Positions 1 to 5,344 of a stretch of DNA of 5,344 bases are shown here, piece after piece. Made by a program: the position numbers and the translations under genes. Positions within the stretch are counted from its first letter, which is position 1. Every line of letters starts with the position of its first letter. Origin of the DNA: Takakia lepidozioides (taxonomy: Eukaryota > Plantae > Bryophyta); the NCBI GenBank assembly GCA_030704615.1, contig JAKLZA010000347.1, positions 1 to 5,344 of the forward strand. The letters are read 5' to 3'. The notes beneath the pieces were generated by a model. The model was given only the letters and a program-made list of their open reading frames with translations, was not told where the DNA came from and ran no database searches.

Positions 1-102
1 TTTCGTAATGACGAAACCACGAGGAGACACTTTTGTCCAACCCTTCGAAAACCCAAGTGGTGCATCACCGCCGTTTCATCTACTTTTGTCGTGTTCCTTA
101 GT

Positions 103-163
103 CACCCCTCCGCGCTCTTTCCATCTGACACTCTTTGGCCCTTTTCCCTCTCTTGTTCTTCTT
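103..163 (+). promoter_or_regulatory. Pyrimidine (CT)-rich tract: 5' UTR/Y-patch-like, or the 3' end of an upstream intron
   Basis: Strongly C/T-biased stretch directly before ATG164 and the start of protein-like frames. Confidence 0.3.
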
Positions 164-3100
164 ATGCTCGAACCTGAGAGGGGGGAGTTAGTGCACCAGC
201 CAGGAGACCTTCGTCGCCAGCTCCGGAAAGTATACTCGGACGTAGGCCAATGCCAAAGGGGAGGAAGCAGAGGCGTCTACAGGAGGAGATTGCCATTCTC
301 CGAGCAGCAGACTCAGGCAACCCAGCCATCAGTGAGAGCTCCATGGCGATCGGGCTGCGCGCAGCTGATCGAGCACCGAACCCCCCCCCATTTTGCTTCT
401 GTAATTCTTAGACTGAATGCTAGGAGACTTGAATGCAGAACATGTTTGCATGCCTAACAGGAAAAGGTGGACGTGCTGGAGGGATCGCAGGAATCCGAAG
501 AGCCGCAGGAAGAGTCCGAGGAGCTAGCTGCAGCACGTACACCCCACCGATCCCCGAGCACGGGTATCCTGCGGGCCTAGCCCTCTGCGATTCAAAGACG
601 CGGTCTTCGAAGGGCAAGTTCAAAAGTCCCCAAGATCGACTCGCGTTCTTCGGTCATGGAGAATCGCCAGCAGGGGTCGGGCCCTTCTGCAGCAAAGTCG
701 AAGAAGAAGCAGCCCGTCCCTCTACTGGCTTCTGAAACCGGATCAGGCCGATCACCCCCCCCAACGCGAATGAAGCAGCAGGGTAGAAAGACAGATTCAA
801 TTGCAGAGCGACACCTTCACCTACAAGGATGAGGAAGCAGAAGGCATCAGGGCGACGGGCGAACAATCTCCCGCAAAACCGCTTCCACGAGCTGAAGCTC
901 AGTTCCTGGAGGATTTCCGCCTGCAGATGTTGGGCCGACTCTGCTGCAGCGAAGGCAATGGGATCGACCGTTGATCTCGATTGGTAGCCGGAGGAGGGTG
1001 CTGCCGCTAACTTTCGCAGCAAGACCTCACCACGATGAGCAAGCAGGCCCGGAGGAGGCCTCTGCAATGGCAGAATTGCCCGCAGACAGGCCCCAGAGTG
1101 CAGCTCCAGTTGAGGATGCCAGCTGCTCGCCACTACCGGCACCTACAGACATGTCTCCGGAGGATTTCAAAAGTGCAGGCGGATAAAATGTTGGAGGAGA
1201 CACACAGTAGCATTGGCAGAGTTCTGGGCAAGCAGGGTATTCCAGCGGACTCTTCGAATCCCACTCTGTCGCGATGGTCTCCCTTCCAATCGTCAGGCAG
1301 GCCCTTCCCGGAGATGTGGATAAGCTCAAGTTCGCATTTCGAGAAGGTACCGTCTGGGATCGGCAGCGTTTACGTTTCCATTGAGAATGAGGACGGCGAA
1401 ACTCGTGGACCCACTGCCGATGAATTGTCAACGTGGGATACCCACTGGCACACTCGCAACCACGAATTCGAGGCGACGCTGAAGGGTGATCCCGACTTCG
1501 GCCATATGTGGGGTAAAATGTTCTTTGTGTGGGACGGGAAATCACCGACTTCTCGCCTGGTGGAGTACATCAAGCAGAACCATGCCAAGCACATTGGCTG
1601 GCATTACATGGTGGAGTGTGTCATCCTCAAGGTGAGGTGGGCAGGGAAGGCAGACTCCCCCTGCTCAAGAATGCCATGGCGGACCTCAACTCGTAAGATA
1701 CTCATACCCTCCCTAGCACGTTCGAAATGCGGTGCCGCATTTCGGTTTCCATTCTGGTTTGTTTCCGTGCTTCCGTGTACTGAACTGGAGAGTGTGCCTT
1801 GCAGGGTCACTGAAAATGCGTACGTGCATACCCACATGGCACACATGCTGTACAGGGTGAGGAAAACTGGTCTCACTGATCCGCAGATGTTTGCGGAAAT
1901 GCTGGAGCCCGAGCTCATTCAGAAAGCCGTTGCAAAAACAGGACCGGACATGGTATCGTCTCACTATGGATGGAATGGTGGAGGTGATATACGAAGTAAG
2001 TCGTCCTCCAATTTCCCTCTGCTCATCCTTCCCCAATTTTCAGTAATGTTTCCACATGAATCGAATGTAACGCTTCTGCAATGTTTTGTTGGCAGTCAAA
2101 CATCAAGCTGGATTTGGCCCATGCCAAACGCTTCTTCATGGAAAGTGAGGGGCAGGTCAAAACGTTGCAGTCATTGACTGAGCACTTGAAGGAAGCCGGT
2201 GTCAAGTCCAGAACCAAATACAAGTCAAAGCTTGTGAAGCTGGTGGCAATGCAGATCCGGCACTTGGGAAAGGACTTCATCCCCGAGATTGCAAAACACT
2301 ATTCTCGGGCCATGCAGCCGACCATGCAATTGGAGAAACTGCATCACCTCTCAACGGCATGTGTGGAGGCGAAAGAGAAGGTGAGGTTTCAATGCACTGA
2401 AGTTCCTTCCTAGCAATAGCCACTCTCTTCCCGCTCCTGACATTGGATCGGAAATGGCAGACACGGTGGCTGTCGATCTGGAATGCATCTGAGAGCATAA
2501 GGACAATGTGGTCTTTTCCACTGGAAGTTTCCGACCCTGCAGTGGATGTGTGGCTCAACCGTATGACTTGGTGGTTCCAGGTAATTCAAGGTACTTCCCC
2601 AGATTTGCTTTTCTGACATGAATTCCCTGAACTGCTACGTGACAATGGATTTGGGAATCGCAGGGTAATGTCGAATGCGAAGGAGCAAGTCGTAATGCAC
2701 ACAAATTCGTTCGGCTTGTACGTCAAATGGGATGGAACACAGACATTGGAAGACTACGTGACACGTTTCAGATGTGCGTACAAGGACAACCTTTTCGCCA
2801 GAGAGCTACAGACAGCAAGAAGGAGCGTGGAGTTTACACATCAGAGGGAGCGGGGAAAGCTGCAATGCGAATTGTTTACAGGTGAAGCACAGCTGCCCTT
2901 GTATGCGAAGCCTGGTTACGAGGTTTGTCTCGGAAATGCGGCACCGCATTCGCATTTTATTTTTTTTGGTGGCACTCTGCCAGTAGGTTGGTCTCAACTT
3001 TTGCTCACGCATGCTGACTGCCTTGCAGGTATATGAAATACGTGCTCCTTCAGACAGGGGCCCTGGCTCAAGAGCCCCGTTCTTCATGGCTTGGACCGTG

Positions 3101-5308
3101 GCGGGCCCAAGCTGTGTCTACACACCCGAGATGCAGAAACAATGGCATCCCGCGCATCTCGTTGGATGTCCCTGGTACTTGGACATGTCTGGCGGTATTG
3201 TTGACGAGTCTGAGAAAGATCTGCACGCCTTGGCAGAAGAGAGAGAAGAGAAAGGAAAGACGTGTCCTTGCTGGGCCAAAGTCGGCAAAGGAATCTGCTG
3301 CTCTGGAAGAATCCAGAAAGGCAGCTGAGATGGCACAAAAGACGGGTGGATGCAGCTGTGCAGGCCCAACAGAAGGGGTCGAAGAAGAGGACTCGCCAGC
3401 AAGGAGCAGCTGTTGTGACACCCGCCAAAACAAGAAGAAGCAGAAACAGCCTATTCAGGAAGAGGGTGGAAGAGGACTCCGATGGAGACTTTGCAACCAG
3501 CCACCCCCCAAACGCAGGCTGCCTCCCCTGTGCCCACCGTTGTCACGAGAGGCATGAGAACTGGCTCGGCAAAGAAGGCACTCTTCAACCCCCCAGGGGG
3601 GCACCCTTTCGAGCCGGTGGAAATGAAGAGGCCGAAAGTGGCTCCCGAAACTGTAGTCCAGTGTGTAAATGAGAGTTTCTTGGCGGCTTTGGATGGACGG
3701 GCAGCCAAGTTGGCATACCTGAAGACCATGGAGGGTCTGAAGGGCAGAGCACTGAAGAAGGCGACTGCCGAAGAGCCTTCCGACACCCCAGGATTTCAGA
3801 ATATGGTCTCGTTCTTTGAGAGGGTGTGTGCAGACAAGGATTGTAGGAGGGGCGGAAATGCCACCGAGTGGTCTTGCGATATGATCATCTTGGATATTCC
3901 GGACGGAGAGCCTGTGGAAGGACTGCAAGCTTTGCCATCTTGGAACAGGTACTTGGAGGACTTTGGAAGAAAAGGATTCGGGCTTGCCCGTGTTTGACGA
4001 CAGAGGCTGTGTGGTTGTCCTGGCTAGCAGAGGAAAAAACACTCAGACAGAAATGGCGAAGTGGACCTCAAGAGCGCCGTCGCCGATGTCGAAAAGAATT
4101 GGACGTGCAGCACCCACACTGTGGCTGGGGGCGGGCCTTTGTCGGAAGGAAGAAGGTGATTACGACACTGGCACTCGTCCATTCATTTGCTTGGTGTTTT
4201 CAAATGCGGTGCCGCATTCGGTTTCTAATCGTTTCCCCCCCCCTGTGTATGCAGACGAAGCAGTTCGATTGCATACTGCTTTGTGAAGGAGAACTCCACC
4301 TTTGCTTTCCGGAGGAGGAAAGGTTGACCCGAACTGCGACCCCTCGATTACGACGTTCTGTTCAACAACGTTCCCAAGGAACTTCTCCCTCAAGCCTCAC
4401 TTCAACGGAACCCCTGCGGTACTCACGGACTCGGAGCCCTGCCTTCATTCAGACAATTATGGAGACATGCACAGACGTGGAGGCACAGTGCTCGACCTCA
4501 TCTGTGGGACAGGTATGCAGAATCTTGATCTATGCTGTTCTGCAAATTCTCGTTAGGATGTAGTTCGCAACATCTGAAGCGCCATGTGGTAATGTGTGGA
4601 TGGCATTGTAACAGGTGCCTCAATGTGGGCTGGGCGGTTTTCCGACCGGCACCTCTTTGCCTACGAGGAGGATTCATCCGTGTGGGGATCCCATCTGGAG
4701 GGGCTGCAACGGAATGTGAAGGCTCCCGACAGAGCAGAAGTCTCCTCGGATTCGTCGGAGTCCGAGGAAGACACAGTGGACATTGATGCGGAGGAGAACC
4801 CGGAATACGAGTGAGTGCAAACATTGTAAGTTTGCAAAGCCTTCTGGGTCATTTATGTCAAACGAATTTCCCGACTGTGGTTCTCATTAGTCTCGTTGAT
4901 GATTGTCATGTGCAGGATTGCAGGGTCCGGGTCGAAACATGTAGGGCCTACACTTCCTACCAAGAAGAATGTCCCGTTCTTTGCGAGGGCCGATTTCATG
5001 ACGAGCCCCGTGAGGGACTACTCCCTTCCTAGTTATGCAGCTAAACTCGCAAATACACAGCGATTAGAAGAAGTGAGAATCCCAGTAAAGTAGAGCAGAT
5101 TTTGGAGAGGGCTAGGGAGGACAGAAGGATAAGGAAAGAGTTGGCAGCAGCTCAGACAGGTAGACGGGTACGAAAGTACATATGTGATTCAGCGGATGAG
5201 AGCGACGCAGACAGGGAGGAAGACGACCCAACGGAGGTGAGATGGACAGTTCCACAAGGGGAAGATGGGATTTTCGAAAGCCTGGCCAACGAGCAGTCCG
5301 CTGGATGA
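164..5308 (+). CDS. Multi-exon gene (frameshifted as given): ParB/Srx-like domain fused to a beta-class DNA N6A/N4C methyltransferase-like domain. Approximate exons: 164/250-400, 461-1692, 1805-1995, 2096-2380, 2461-2580/2590, 2664-2922, 3029-4155, 4255-4512, 4615-4810, 4916-5308
   Basis: Seven GT-AG introns join protein-like frames in matching phase (1693-1804, 1996-2095, 2381-2460, 2923-3028, 4156-4254, 4513-4614, 4811-4915). The motifs DGNHRLLA, DMIILDIPDG and VLDLICGTG/ASMWAG..RHLFAYEED occur in the expected order. More than 15 one-base indels must be assumed. The start codon (ATG164, ATG250 or upstream of the window) and the stop (TGA 5306-5308) are uncertain. Confidence 0.7.
401..460 (+). 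other. Putative intron (60 nt)
   Basis: GTAATT...CCTAACAG, AT-richer than its flanks and followed by the acidic frame EKVDVLEGSQESEEPQEESEE. The phase matches only if the C9 run at 381-389 is one base too long. Confidence 0.45.
1258..1692 (+). other. ParB/Sulfiredoxin-like N-terminal domain coding segment
   Basis: Re-framed translation: IPLCR/MVSLPIVRQALPGDVDKLKFAFREG/YRLGSAAF/YVSIENE...MFFVWDG/NHRLLAWW/EYIKQNH...WHYMVECVILK...LPLLKNAMADLN. GNHRLLA (1536-1557, skipping one A of the AAA at 1539-1541) fits the GxxRxxA signature. The upstream R..L...DV.KL...F..GY pattern and the downstream V.CVIL...L...M...N pattern match the usual ParB-N layout. Confidence 0.72.
1693..1804 (+). other. Intron (112 nt, phase 2)
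   Basis: GTAAGA...CTGAA...CCTTGCAG; joins AMADLN-S-VTENAYVH in frame. Confidence 0.8.
1723..1744. repeat. Intronic quasi-palindrome, copy 1: CGAAATGCGG-TG-CCGCATTTCG
   Basis: Perfect 10-bp inverted arms with a 2-nt spacer, read directly from the sequence. Confidence 0.92.
1996..2095 (+). other. Intron (100 nt, phase 0)
   Basis: Perfect GTAAGT donor, pyrimidine/AT-rich body and TTTTGTTGGCAG acceptor; joins WYRLTMDGMVEVIYE to SNIKLDLAH. Confidence 0.82.
2381..2460 (+). other. Intron (80 nt, phase 0)
   Basis: AAG|GTGAGG donor, CCTGAC branch-like site and GGCAG acceptor; joins EAKEK to TRWLSIWNASE. Confidence 0.7.
2581..2663 (+). other. Intron (donor at 2581 or 2591)
   Basis: CAG|GTAATT or AAG|GTACTT donor and TCGCAG acceptor at 2663. 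Neither donor gives the required phase 2 without assuming an indel. Confidence 0.5.
2923..3028 (+). other. Intron (106 nt, phase 0)
   Basis: GAG|GTTTGT donor, T-rich body, GCTGAC branch-like site and CCTTGCAG acceptor; joins KPGYE to VYEIRAP. Confidence 0.78.
2933..2952. repeat. Intronic quasi-palindrome, copy 2 (opposite orientation): GAAATGCGG-CA-CCGCATTCG
   Basis: Same arms as copy 1 (perfect 7-bp core). The CA spacer is the reverse complement of TG. Confidence 0.9.
4156..4254 (+). other. Intron (99 nt, phase 0)
   Basis: AAG|GTGATT donor, CTAAT branch site, pyrimidine tract and ATGCAG acceptor; joins GRKK to TKQFDCIL. Confidence 0.7.
4202..4225. repeat. Intronic quasi-palindrome, copy 3: AAATGCGG-TG-CCGCATTCGGTTTC
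   Basis: Matches copy 1, including the 3' flank CGGTTTC, apart from one missing T. Confidence 0.92.
4513..4614 (+). other. Intron (102 nt, phase 1) splitting methyltransferase motif I
   Basis: CAG|GTATGC...TAACAG|GT; splicing rebuilds the GGT glycine codon and gives VLDLICGTGASMWAG. Confidence 0.85.
4811..4915 (+). other. Intron (105 nt, phase 2)
   Basis: GTGAGT donor, AT-rich body and GTGCAG acceptor; joins NPEY-E-IAGSGSKH in frame. Confidence 0.75.
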
Positions 5309-5344
5309 TTTCATGCAGGTGTTCTTGGATGATTTCAGTGTGTA

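Larger units (their letters stand above)
3872..4700 (+). other. Beta-class DNA amino-methyltransferase-like domain (N6_N4_Mtase-like fold), split over three exons
   Basis: Motif IV-like CDMIILDIPDG at 3875-3907. Motif VI-like LARV/DDRGCVVVL at ~3983-4022 (compare RVLKPGG). Motif X-like RSPAFIQTIMETCT at 4432-4473 (compare KP..L...LI...S). Motif I GGTVLDLICGTG at 4479-4512, completed across the intron. It continues ASMWAGRFSDRHLFAYEED (4617-4673; compare TTLVAAKRLGRRFIGIEID). The order IV then I is that of the beta class. Confidence 0.78.

Noticed and set aside
420-1142. Divergent minus-strand gene with ASCH/PUA-like fragments (GGVIGLIRF...PCWRF...PCSGIGGVYVL) and an apparent TTGTAG acceptor near 821
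   Set aside because: It lacks the ASCH N-terminal signature (S/T-x-x-x-P-W/Y...GxKxxExR) and a good start or donor. The + strand gives more natural coding fragments over the same bases, so the resemblance is probably chance.
1812-1829. GAAAATGCGTACGTGCAT as a fourth palindrome copy
   Set aside because: Only one half-arm matches partially, and it lies in coding sequence (ENAYVH).
1035-2177. The 380-aa ORF as a standalone protein
   Set aside because: It is a mosaic of true-frame and off-frame segments and reads through two introns (1693-1804, 1996-2095).
1723-4225. Palindromic repeats as a CRISPR array or intrinsic terminators
   Set aside because: The copies are ~1.2 kb apart, lie inside spliceosomal introns, have a 2-nt loop, and no cas genes are present.
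3868-4563. The 231-aa ORF as a standalone protein
   Set aside because: It is only partly in the correct frame, reads through the 99-nt intron, and carries neither motif IV nor motif I in its frame.
1027-4852. Numerous minus-strand ORFs (e.g. 1027-1545, 3068-3433, 3455-4042, 4498-4824)
   Set aside because: These are antisense shadows of GC-rich + strand exons with no recognisable motifs.
1-5344. A bacterial or phage restriction-modification or partition operon
   Set aside because: The phase-consistent spliceosomal introns, the lack of operon structure, and the absence of a nuclease or ParA gene argue against it.

Overview
This is eukaryotic (plant-like, ~52% GC) DNA, and almost the whole window appears to be one spliced + strand gene (~164/250-5308). 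It has about 9 short GT-AG introns (mostly ~100 nt) and many single-base indel frameshifts, so the ORF track shows only fragments. Manual splicing and re-framing give a protein of roughly 1400 aa with six parts in order: a low-complexity N-terminus, a ParB/Sulfiredoxin-like domain (FVWDGNHRLLAW, the GxxRxxA motif), an uncharacterised Trp-rich middle region, a basic/low-complexity linker, a beta-class DNA amino-methyltransferase-like fold, and an acidic/basic tail. The methyltransferase fold has motif IV-like DMIILDIPDG before motif I VLDLICGTG|ASMWAGRFSDRHLFAYEED. Three introns carry the same ~20-bp quasi-palindrome AAATGCGG-(TG/CA)-CCGCATT, a candidate parS-like binding site or an introner/MITE remnant. 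All domain calls come from motif recognition by eye; no searches were run.
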